From assembly GCA_048940445.1 (NCBI GenBank), contig JBHLON010000001.1:32001-96000 (forward strand): 64,000 nucleotides of DNA. Direction: 5' to 3'. This DNA comes from Promethearchaeota archaeon (GTDB lineage Archaea > Asgardarchaeota > Lokiarchaeia > Sigyniarchaeales > SOKP01). The translations under genes and the position numbers were made by a program. Below are positions 45,291 to 53,993 of the stretch, in pieces (the first letter of the stretch is position 1; every line of letters begins with the position of its first letter). The notes beneath the pieces are model-generated. The model had not been told where the DNA came from and searched no databases. It saw only the letters and a program-made list of their open reading frames with translations.

Positions 45291-48200
45291 ATGTTAAGAC
45301 ATATTAATCGAAAGGTATGGATCATCTTTATTTCAATATTGTTTATATCTCCGATTTCGATTTTAAATTTTATAGCAATTGACTATGAACAAGTGTCAGA
45401 AGATATCCAAGAAGATATTAATTTAAAGGATTCAGATGTTGCTGGGACAGATCTTTATGCTGAAAAGATAAATGCATATGTAGCTGGTAATCAATCTGTA
45501 ATTAAACAATCACTTTTTACGAATGATACAAATATATTACCAAATTTTGACATTCGTGATCCTGCATTTTATAAATGCAACTTTCTGATAAGTGCATCCA
45601 ATGGAATAACCCCAAAGATTTTTCCAAGGATCTTAAATGAAAATGGCTTTTCTAATCAATATTCAGTCAGTTTTAATGGATTTTCTGGTTTTCTTTATTA
45701 TGATGAAATTCTTTCTGAACAAGAAGCGAAGTTAAGAGCTTCTAGAGCTCTTGAAATTATAAAGAGAAAATTCGCAATTGATTTAATAATGATTAATGTT
45801 TCAAATCCAAATTTCTTCCCTTTTGTAGGATATTATCCTGATTGGGCATTATTTTTTAAAGAAGTTACTGAAAATCTTCCCATGGATGGCTATTGGAAAG
45901 CGTTGGATTTAAACAGATTAACATCAAAAGAATATCTCTTAAATTATCATATTTCTTCCACTATTTTTACTCTAAATTCGTTTGATTTTTTCGAAAAAGA
46001 TATTTTAGCTTCAATTAAACAAGTAAATTTTAATTTAGATTCACTAGATTTATCTTTTGTTTATTCTTTAGAAATTGAAAATTTGTTTGAACAATTAACA
46101 GATTTAATTGTGGATTATGGAAGTATCTATGGCAATATTTCCCAAATTATAGGGAATAATCAAACTGTTACACAAGAAGATTTTGAACAATTTAGCACTT
46201 TTTTTGATATGTTATCATTATCTAATAAATCACAATATACTAGTTTAATGATACAATATGAAGGTAACGAGAGAGCTATTAAGAAGGTCGGCAAAAATCA
46301 ATATGAATTTAATTTGTGGGATGCTCTAAATTACAATGGAATTTCATTACGTCCAAGTGAAAAAATATTTATAGCATTGATAGGAGCTTTTATGAGTGAA
46401 ATTAATATAAATATACTATGTACTGATATAATTGATGTAACACCAAAATACTTCAGTCTATATGAGTTTCTATTAGAACAGGTTGAAACCTTATTATTTT
46501 ACGCTGGGGTGGACTTTGATTTAGATTTGGTAAGAGATTATTCTTTTAATTTATTTTGGGTAGATCAAGGTGGAATTAAACAGAGTTATATCAAACCTGT
46601 CAATTTAAATGATGACACAGATTTCATTAACTTTTTACCTGTTTTAGGGTTTCAAGGACTCCCCGGAATCCCAACCGGTATTTTTAACCCTGTTAAAGAT
46701 TTTAGAGTTAAATATCTTACCAATACTTCTGATTCAAATATGGTCATTAAGAAAGAATTATTAAATGATAATTCCTCCTTTGGAGTATCTAAAGATTTTT
46801 CATTTAACATTACTGCTCAAAATTTAAGCAATCATTCTGTTTGGGGTGTTAAAACATCTTTTCCTTTAAACCTTGGGGATATTTTTACATTTCTTGCTGG
46901 ACCATTCAGTGAAGACCTTATGGATGATATGTGGGAAATAGTGAAGATAGAATATCCAAATCAATACAATTCTTTAGAAGATTTCTTTAATTTTGATGAG
47001 GATCCACGAATCTTCTATTTTGATTCATTAGGGACGGGTTTAATTGATATGTATTATCCTAATATCAATAATATTACAAATCTTTGGCCATATAATAATG
47101 ATGCAGATAATGTTTTAGATATTTTGTTTGATTCATACCCAATCTATTTAACAATTCTCAATCCAGGTGAAACTAAAGATCTTTTTACGAATGAAAATAG
47201 CATTTGGAATAAGAACAATTGGAAATTAAACCCTTATCAAAAAATTTCTTATATCTATTCGAATCTTTCCATAGAAAGTTTTGATTCTTATACTGAATTT
47301 TATCGATTCAACTTTACTATTAAAGAAACGCCTCCTGTACTGCCTGTTATGATTTCAGGTAATTCTATTATGAATACTGATCCCTATATGGCATTATTAA
47401 ATGATAAGGATAGTTGGGTAATTGAATCAGAAGAGCAATATGTAGATCAGTATGATTTAGAACTTATTTTTATGTTTCAAAATCAAACTAATATAGACTT
47501 AAATAATAACTCTATAGAAAGAGTTTCTATTACGATCAATTATACAACTCCCCTCAATGTTATTTCCTTTGAAATATTTGATTATTCAATTGAGGAGTAC
47601 ATCGATATGAGTCCCAATTTAGATTCAAGAGAAAATGAGACTTCAACTTTTTCTTATACAAATGTAAATACAACTTTAAATTGGATGTTTGATCCATATG
47701 ATCAAAATAATTACACTCTTATAATACGCATAAAAGGAATGGATTCAAATCCTTTTAACATTTCTATAAATAATTTTGATGTCTTTTTCTCTTATAGAGA
47801 TATTAATGAATATAAGAGTTCAAGTTCAAGAGTCATTTATTCGTCACTAGCTGGGAACATTCAATATATCCGAAGGTCTAATTCAGTTTCACTTAGCACT
47901 GATAATATGAGCTCTATAATATCTTTTGCATATTTAAATAATTACAACTTAAAAGCAGGTGAAGTAAATACTTATAATCTATATTTCCAAAATATTGGAT
48001 CTGCTACTGCTAATGAGATTAATGTTTCAATTTTGATTCCAGGAATCATTAAGGATGGTAATAAATTCACAATAAGAGATAACTATCTAAATTATTATCT
48101 GCCTAGCCTTGCTCCATTCGAAAAAGAAGAAGTCAATTTCACTTTCTATACTCCCAATTCAGAATCTATTTTTAATGCAATAATTAGTTATGAGAATCCA

Positions 48201-49196
48201 ACATTCATTAATAACCTAAATAGCTCTGAATTAAGTTCAAGACCAAATGAGGTTAATATATTTGCTTTTATTGATTATATAGATTACTTTCCATTTATCC
48301 ATTCTTTAAGTATTTCTTATAATTTTTCAGATTCATATCCTTTAATTGGAGACTTGTTTAATTTATCGATTAACATGAAGAATGTCGGGAGATGGGACAT
48401 TCCTATATCTCAGATGAATATAACATTAGGTGATCAATTTGGAGATTTAATTTACAAGAATCCATCTCCCATCTTATCGTTCAATAATGTAAGCTTTAAT
48501 AGTGTAAAAACAATAAAGTTTGTATTAAAAAAGCTTGATTGGAAAGGTTATTTTTGCCCTTCTATTAACTTTATCACCAATAAAGACTATAGATTATTTC
48601 AAATTGCGAGGTCGTCCCCAATTATTCTTGGAAATATTTCTTTATTTATTTACAAAACTATAAGCAAAAATCAAATGGAAAGTGGAGAAGTAGTTAATGT
48701 AGAAGTAAAAGTCAGGAATATTGGGAATATTTGCATCAAAAATCTTACATTAAGTGATGTTCTCAGCTTTAATCAAATTTATTTTGATCTCGTTGAAGGG
48801 AGTCTTATTAAAAAGATTAGTTGCCTTAAACCTAACGAAACTTTATCAATGTTGTATAAAGTGAAAGCTAAGTCTCAATCTATTATTACATTAAAAGCAG
48901 CGAGTATTGAATACTACTTTTTAAGAAAATCAATTGTCATCTCGAATGAAATTGATGTAAAAGTGATAATTCCTAAGATAATTCAAATGAATTTTGTCCT
49001 CATACCTTTAATAGTTTCTTTGGTTGTTCTGGTTATTTCTTCATGGCAAGTTAGTTCCCAGAGATCAAAGAGACTTGAGCTTCGAAGGCTTGAGGCGTCA
49101 ATTCTCAGAGCTAGTCCAAGAGATTCAATTATTAAAATAAAAGGTTCATTGAAAGAGGAATTCGATAAAATAGGGCAAAGAGAAGAACGTAAATGA
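45291..49196 (+). CDS. large membrane-anchored surface protein with C-terminal Ig-like (COG1361/DUF11/BatD-like) repeats
   Basis: N-terminal hydrophobic signal; repeats GEVNTYNLYFQNIG, GDLFNLSINMKNVG and GEVVNVEVKVRNIG; C-terminal TM plus charged tail; many NxS/T sequons. Confidence 0.75.
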   Translation: MLRHINRKVWIIFISILFISPISILNFIAIDYEQVSEDIQEDINLKDSDVAGTDLYAEKINAYVAGNQSVIKQSLFTNDTNILPNFDIRDPAFYKCNFLISASNGITPKIFPRILNENGFSNQYSVSFNGFSGFLYYDEILSEQEAKLRASRALEIIKRKFAIDLIMINVSNPNFFPFVGYYPDWALFFKEVTENLPMDGYWKALDLNRLTSKEYLLNYHISSTIFTLNSFDFFEKDILASIKQVNFNLDSLDLSFVYSLEIENLFEQLTDLIVDYGSIYGNISQIIGNNQTVTQEDFEQFSTFFDMLSLSNKSQYTSLMIQYEGNERAIKKVGKNQYEFNLWDALNYNGISLRPSEKIFIALIGAFMSEININILCTDIIDVTPKYFSLYEFLLEQVETLLFYAGVDFDLDLVRDYSFNLFWVDQGGIKQSYIKPVNLNDDTDFINFLPVLGFQGLPGIPTGIFNPVKDFRVKYLTNTSDSNMVIKKELLNDNSSFGVSKDFSFNITAQNLSNHSVWGVKTSFPLNLGDIFTFLAGPFSEDLMDDMWEIVKIEYPNQYNSLEDFFNFDEDPRIFYFDSLGTGLIDMYYPNINNITNLWPYNNDADNVLDILFDSYPIYLTILNPGETKDLFTNENSIWNKNNWKLNPYQKISYIYSNLSIESFDSYTEFYRFNFTIKETPPVLPVMISGNSIMNTDPYMALLNDKDSWVIESEEQYVDQYDLELIFMFQNQTNIDLNNNSIERVSITINYTTPLNVISFEIFDYSIEEYIDMSPNLDSRENETSTFSYTNVNTTLNWMFDPYDQNNYTLIIRIKGMDSNPFNISINNFDVFFSYRDINEYKSSSSRVIYSSLAGNIQYIRRSNSVSLSTDNMSSIISFAYLNNYNLKAGEVNTYNLYFQNIGSATANEINVSILIPGIIKDGNKFTIRDNYLNYYLPSLAPFEKEEVNFTFYTPNSESIFNAIISYENPTFINNLNSSELSSRPNEVNIFAFIDYIDYFPFIHSLSISYNFSDSYPLIGDLFNLSINMKNVGRWDIPISQMNITLGDQFGDLIYKNPSPILSFNNVSFNSVKTIKFVLKKLDWKGYFCPSINFITNKDYRLFQIARSSPIILGNISLFIYKTISKNQMESGEVVNVEVKVRNIGNICIKNLTLSDVLSFNQIYFDLVEGSLIKKISCLKPNETLSMLYKVKAKSQSIITLKAASIEYYFLRKSIVISNEIDVKVIIPKIIQMNFVLIPLIVSLVVLVISSWQVSSQRSKRLELRRLEASILRASPRDSIIKIKGSLKEEFDKIGQREERK

Positions 49197-49221
49197 AAGT
49201 AGGAAAGAGGTACATAAAAGA

Positions 49222-52200
49222 ATGAAAGTTAAGATAAAATGCATATATCTGTTAATTGTATTATTTATTTCTAATATTGGGCTATTAGCTCTACATTTTA
49301 ATATATATACCCCATCTACTCAGCTTTACTCTAATTCTAGCTCAGATTATCCTCAATTATCCGATACAGATAAAAAACCTGTCATAATTTTCCTTAATCA
49401 ATCATCATATGATCAAAATGCAAAAATTAGATTCCAATCTTATGGAGGAATACTAAAAAATGACAATGATTGGAATAATGTGTTTAATGGGATTTCTGGA
49501 TTTGCTGGTATAATTCCTATTTCAAACTTAACTGCGTTTAGTAGTGAATTTCCAGAAATGAATATTGAAACAGATGAAATTATTGAAACGCAAATGAATT
49601 ATGCCAGCTTTCAATCGGGAGCTAAAAATTCAACTTGGTATCTTAATGGATATAAAGGAAATACAGATTCTTCAATTGCTGTCCTAGATAGCGGTGTAAA
49701 TGCTGAACAAATTTATCTAAAAGATAAGATAGTAGGAGGCCAGAGTTTTGTTGATAAAAACTCATTCTTGGATGAATATGGTCATGGAACATTAATTTCT
49801 TCAATTATTGCAGGAACGGGGTCAGAACATTACAATTCAAATACACCATCAGTTATAAATTTGCATGGAAATTATACCCATGCAGAATTATTCGGTTATG
49901 ATCCAAGTCCCAGAAATTTTACGTTAAAAATTTGTTCATTCAATACCTCAAAATTAAACTCAAAGATAATTCTAAATTCATCATGGAACCTAATAAAGCC
50001 CGGTATTGATAAGTTTTGGTTTGAGTTATACTGTAATAATGACTTAGTAAACATTTCAGAACAAGTAATTCCAGATCAAGAAAATATAATTAGACACCAA
50101 GTTATTGAAAGCGGTTTAGGTGTATATGACTTTTATCTAAAGTATCATCGTCAAACTAACAAATTTCCTGAGTTTTCCTTTAATTCTCAGGCTTCAATCT
50201 TTCCTGAAGTTTATATAAAATATAATAATCATTTTACCGGTATTGCCAATAGTACTCAAATTCTATCTTATAAAGTAATAAATAGAACAGGTATAGGATA
50301 TACTTCTGATTTAATTTCTGCTTTAGGTAGTTTAATTCAGAATCGAAGCAAGTATCATATTGTTAGTGCTTGTTTAAGTATTGGTATGACTGGAAATGAT
50401 TTTGGAGCAATTAGTAAGGCAATCAATGAAGTAATCGATAATGGGATCATTGTTATAATTGCTGCTGGAAACTTAGGCGTAAAAGGTACAGAATCGACGT
50501 TAAATAAACTAGCATTGAAGAACAATGCAATCATTGTTGGAGCTATTAATGATGATGACCAAATTTGTTCGTATAGCGGAACTGGAAATGAATTAGATAT
50601 TGTTGCACCTGGTGGTAGTAGGTTAAAGAACCACAGAACGATTATTGGGGCAGATGCTCAATCCAATTTCTCAACTTCGGCAACTGGAACATCAATTTCT
50701 ACAGCTATTGTAGCAGCAGCAACAAATATTTTAATTGAGGTTTTATGGGGTAATTGGAGTGAGTGGGAGAATCAAAATTTTCAAGAGAGAGTAAAAATTA
50801 TTAAATCAATCCTTTTAATGACTGCAACTGAAACAAATAATCAAAGAGAAGAAGATCCTAGTACAAGTATTAATGAGAGTCAATACTCTCCTACAAGCTT
50901 CTCAGGCATATCAAGTAGTATAAAAGATGAGCATGAAGGTTATGGAAGAGTCAATATTCAAGTCGCAATTGATGCAATAAGTAAATCTTTAGAAGTTAAT
51001 AGTTCCATATATGATTATCTTTATAGTTCTCAAGAAAAACCACTAGGAAAACATGCTTTTGCAAGAAGAGTTAATTTAGTGCCGAATAGACAATATGTCT
51101 TCAATCTCACTAAAATTGATAGGACAGCTAATTTTGATTTATATTTATTTTCAAATCAATCTAAAAAAAATGGAGAACCAATAATTCTTCAAACTTCAAG
51201 GAAATGGTATCGAAATTCACACTATCTTTATTTCACTCCTAAAAATAATCAAACAGAATGTATAATTATAGTTAAAGCCTCTTATGGGTATGGAAATTTT
51301 ACTTTAAAAATTTCTGAAGTGAATAATATTTATTTTCCTCAATTGAAAATACCTGAAATCTCTTATTATGGAGGGTTAAAAAATACGACTGTAATGGGAT
51401 TTCAAGAATTTTTAGGAAGTAATCATCCCAAAAATTATTCAATAGATCGATACAGGTTCTATATTAATTATTATGACAATGATTCTTCTAATATACCTCC
51501 TCAAGAAGTATATGTGAGTATTGTGGAGCTATCAAGGAATTTTACTATGTCTCAACTAAATGAAATGGATACTAATTATACCGATGGAGTTTTATTTGTT
51601 AGTGAATATGTTGAGCTAAAAAAGCCTCGAACCTATCATTATTTTTTTATTGGGAGTGACGGTTCTCATAGAGGGAGATATCCAGAAGTTGATGAATTAT
51701 TTATTTCAATAGAATATCCCTCTGACACTAAAAAATTCCCTTATAGTCATAGCTTTAACAACGGTTTAGACAATTGGATTTATAATGGTACTGGATGGGG
51801 ATTATTATTCCAAAATAATTTTATTGATAATAGATCAGGAATCTATGCAAATAACTGGAGTTCAATGTATTTTGGGGCGTTTCATAATTACCCCTCAAAC
51901 TATTCTTATCAACCAGATTTAATTACAAAACCTTACCCGAATGGAACTCTTTATAGTCCCTTATTCGATCTTACTCAAATAGACAATCAATCGACAATTC
52001 CATTTGCGAGGTTTGGTTTGAGGACTAGTATTAATTCTGGAGATTTTATAATATTGCAGATTAGCCTTAATTGGACGAATTGGATAACTTTGCGGATTTA
52101 TACTAATGAAGAGACCGAATGGCATATTGAAAGTTTTAATTTAACCGAATATTTGGGATTTTTTATCCAATTTAGACTTATATCACTTTTAGATGACAAT

Positions 52201-53970
52201 TTTGATCCTATTAATTATAAAGGTATCATTCTCGATTACTTTGAATTAACAAACTATACAAATTCATATAGTCCCCAAATCAATTTTGATATTAATAGAG
52301 ATATTTCTTCAACAAGTGGATCAAAATTTGATGCTTATAGTATTACATGTACTTATAGTGATAAAGACAATAATTATCCTGAATTTATCTATATCGAGCT
52401 TGATGGAACTAATTATTCTATGATAAACTTGATTGGAAAATGGGATGCAAATTCTAGCATTAAATTTACTAGATCCTTATTATTAGGAAATATAGATAAT
52501 CGTACTTTTAGATTTCATACATCTGATGGACTACATTTGAATACTACTCCATGGTACAACGCAAATAACAATCTTTTTAATTTTATTAACCCTGTGCCCA
52601 ATCAATTTAATACTTATTATTATGAAAAGCAAATTGGATATAATTTTTCAAGCATGTCATTAGCCGAGTTCTATGTTTCAGGAAAACCAAATCCAAAAGA
52701 AAATACTGCTTGGTTTGGTAGTGATAATACTTGGCACCCAGTTTACCGTCTTGGTCAATATTATCTTTACGGTGGTATTGGGGAAAGCTTTGGTAGTTCG
52801 TCTCAAGGTTATGGTCCTAATTGGAATGCTAAATTAATAACCTATCCACTATACTTGAATGGAGAATATGACACTTATTTAAAATTTAATTTTGAAATCT
52901 CCTTACAAAATGAATATGGGATTTCGCAAGAAAATTTAGACAGTTGTATTGTTTCTCTATCTATCGATTATGGAGAAAATTGGATTATATTGAAGAAGTA
53001 TTTTTATGATAGTGAGACTTTGTCTGGAAATGAGTCATTAGATATTTCAGAATATGCAAATAAGGTTATTATGGTAATGTTTAGTTTAAAATCTAACGGT
53101 AATACTGTAGGGTTAGGATATGGATGGTTAATATCAGATATATATATAGGGTATGATAAAAATACAGATTTTATAAATCCAGATATCTATTTTATTAAAC
53201 CATTAGATCAAGAAATAATTAGCTCTATCTATCCCCTAATGGTATACATTTCTGATAATAACAAACTCGACAACTCAAGGATTTATATCTATATTGATGG
53301 AAACTTAATAGATAGACAATTGTATAGTTTTGATATTAATACAGGAATTTTAGGATTTAACTGGGATACTACTTATTACTCTGATGGAAGCCATCAAATA
53401 AAAGTAGTAGCTTTTGACGAGGAAGGCAATAAAGTTGAATCATCCATAGGTATATTCATACAAAATGGATTTTTCAATTGGAGATCGTGGGGCCCATGGA
53501 CATTAATTATTATAAGTATAATTATTATTAGTTTTATTTCCTACAAAATAGTTAAAAAGAGAGTTAGGATTAGAAAGAAAAGAATTATAGATAGACAAAA
53601 ATTAAAAATTGAACAATATGAAGTTGAGCAACTTTCGAAGATAAAACAAATTGATCTAGAGAAAGAAATTAAACTGCCCTTGACGTTACACTGCAAATAT
53701 TGTAAATCATGGTTCGAATCAGACAAATTTGATTATATTTGTCCTATTTGCGAACATGATCAACTATATGTGGCATATTATTGTACTAATTGTAATAATT
53801 GGTATTTTAAAGATGAACCTTCTGGGAATTATTATTGTAAAAATAAAGCGTGTCAAGGAATCAGATTGGTAAGGAGAGAAAGTGAGGAAGTAAAAGATTT
53901 ATTAGCAAAAGAAGGGATTTTATTAAGAAAATTTAAACATAAAAAGAATAGATTTAGTATTTTGGATTGA
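49222..53970 (+). CDS. multidomain membrane-anchored S8 (subtilase) serine protease
   Basis: AVLDSG (Asp), GHGT (His), AAGN (oxyanion), DIVAPG, GTSIS (Ser), GYGRVN. These are followed by beta-rich domains, an Ig-like segment (NWDTT..DGSHQIKVVAFD..GN), a TM helix and four cytoplasmic Cys pairs. Confidence 0.85.
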   Translation: MKVKIKCIYLLIVLFISNIGLLALHFNIYTPSTQLYSNSSSDYPQLSDTDKKPVIIFLNQSSYDQNAKIRFQSYGGILKNDNDWNNVFNGISGFAGIIPISNLTAFSSEFPEMNIETDEIIETQMNYASFQSGAKNSTWYLNGYKGNTDSSIAVLDSGVNAEQIYLKDKIVGGQSFVDKNSFLDEYGHGTLISSIIAGTGSEHYNSNTPSVINLHGNYTHAELFGYDPSPRNFTLKICSFNTSKLNSKIILNSSWNLIKPGIDKFWFELYCNNDLVNISEQVIPDQENIIRHQVIESGLGVYDFYLKYHRQTNKFPEFSFNSQASIFPEVYIKYNNHFTGIANSTQILSYKVINRTGIGYTSDLISALGSLIQNRSKYHIVSACLSIGMTGNDFGAISKAINEVIDNGIIVIIAAGNLGVKGTESTLNKLALKNNAIIVGAINDDDQICSYSGTGNELDIVAPGGSRLKNHRTIIGADAQSNFSTSATGTSISTAIVAAATNILIEVLWGNWSEWENQNFQERVKIIKSILLMTATETNNQREEDPSTSINESQYSPTSFSGISSSIKDEHEGYGRVNIQVAIDAISKSLEVNSSIYDYLYSSQEKPLGKHAFARRVNLVPNRQYVFNLTKIDRTANFDLYLFSNQSKKNGEPIILQTSRKWYRNSHYLYFTPKNNQTECIIIVKASYGYGNFTLKISEVNNIYFPQLKIPEISYYGGLKNTTVMGFQEFLGSNHPKNYSIDRYRFYINYYDNDSSNIPPQEVYVSIVELSRNFTMSQLNEMDTNYTDGVLFVSEYVELKKPRTYHYFFIGSDGSHRGRYPEVDELFISIEYPSDTKKFPYSHSFNNGLDNWIYNGTGWGLLFQNNFIDNRSGIYANNWSSMYFGAFHNYPSNYSYQPDLITKPYPNGTLYSPLFDLTQIDNQSTIPFARFGLRTSINSGDFIILQISLNWTNWITLRIYTNEETEWHIESFNLTEYLGFFIQFRLISLLDDNFDPINYKGIILDYFELTNYTNSYSPQINFDINRDISSTSGSKFDAYSITCTYSDKDNNYPEFIYIELDGTNYSMINLIGKWDANSSIKFTRSLLLGNIDNRTFRFHTSDGLHLNTTPWYNANNNLFNFINPVPNQFNTYYYEKQIGYNFSSMSLAEFYVSGKPNPKENTAWFGSDNTWHPVYRLGQYYLYGGIGESFGSSSQGYGPNWNAKLITYPLYLNGEYDTYLKFNFEISLQNEYGISQENLDSCIVSLSIDYGENWIILKKYFYDSETLSGNESLDISEYANKVIMVMFSLKSNGNTVGLGYGWLISDIYIGYDKNTDFINPDIYFIKPLDQEIISSIYPLMVYISDNNKLDNSRIYIYIDGNLIDRQLYSFDINTGILGFNWDTTYYSDGSHQIKVVAFDEEGNKVESSIGIFIQNGFFNWRSWGPWTLIIISIIIISFISYKIVKKRVRIRKKRIIDRQKLKIEQYEVEQLSKIKQIDLEKEIKLPLTLHCKYCKSWFESDKFDYICPICEHDQLYVAYYCTNCNNWYFKDEPSGNYYCKNKACQGIRLVRRESEEVKDLLAKEGILLRKFKHKKNRFSILD

Positions 53971-53993
53971 GTTTAGAATAAACAGGTGATTTC

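Noticed and set aside
49190-49232. Repeated AATGAAAGT at the junction of the two large genes
   Set aside because: Only 9 bp in AT-rich sequence; the upstream ATG opens a 10-codon frame, so no function can be argued.
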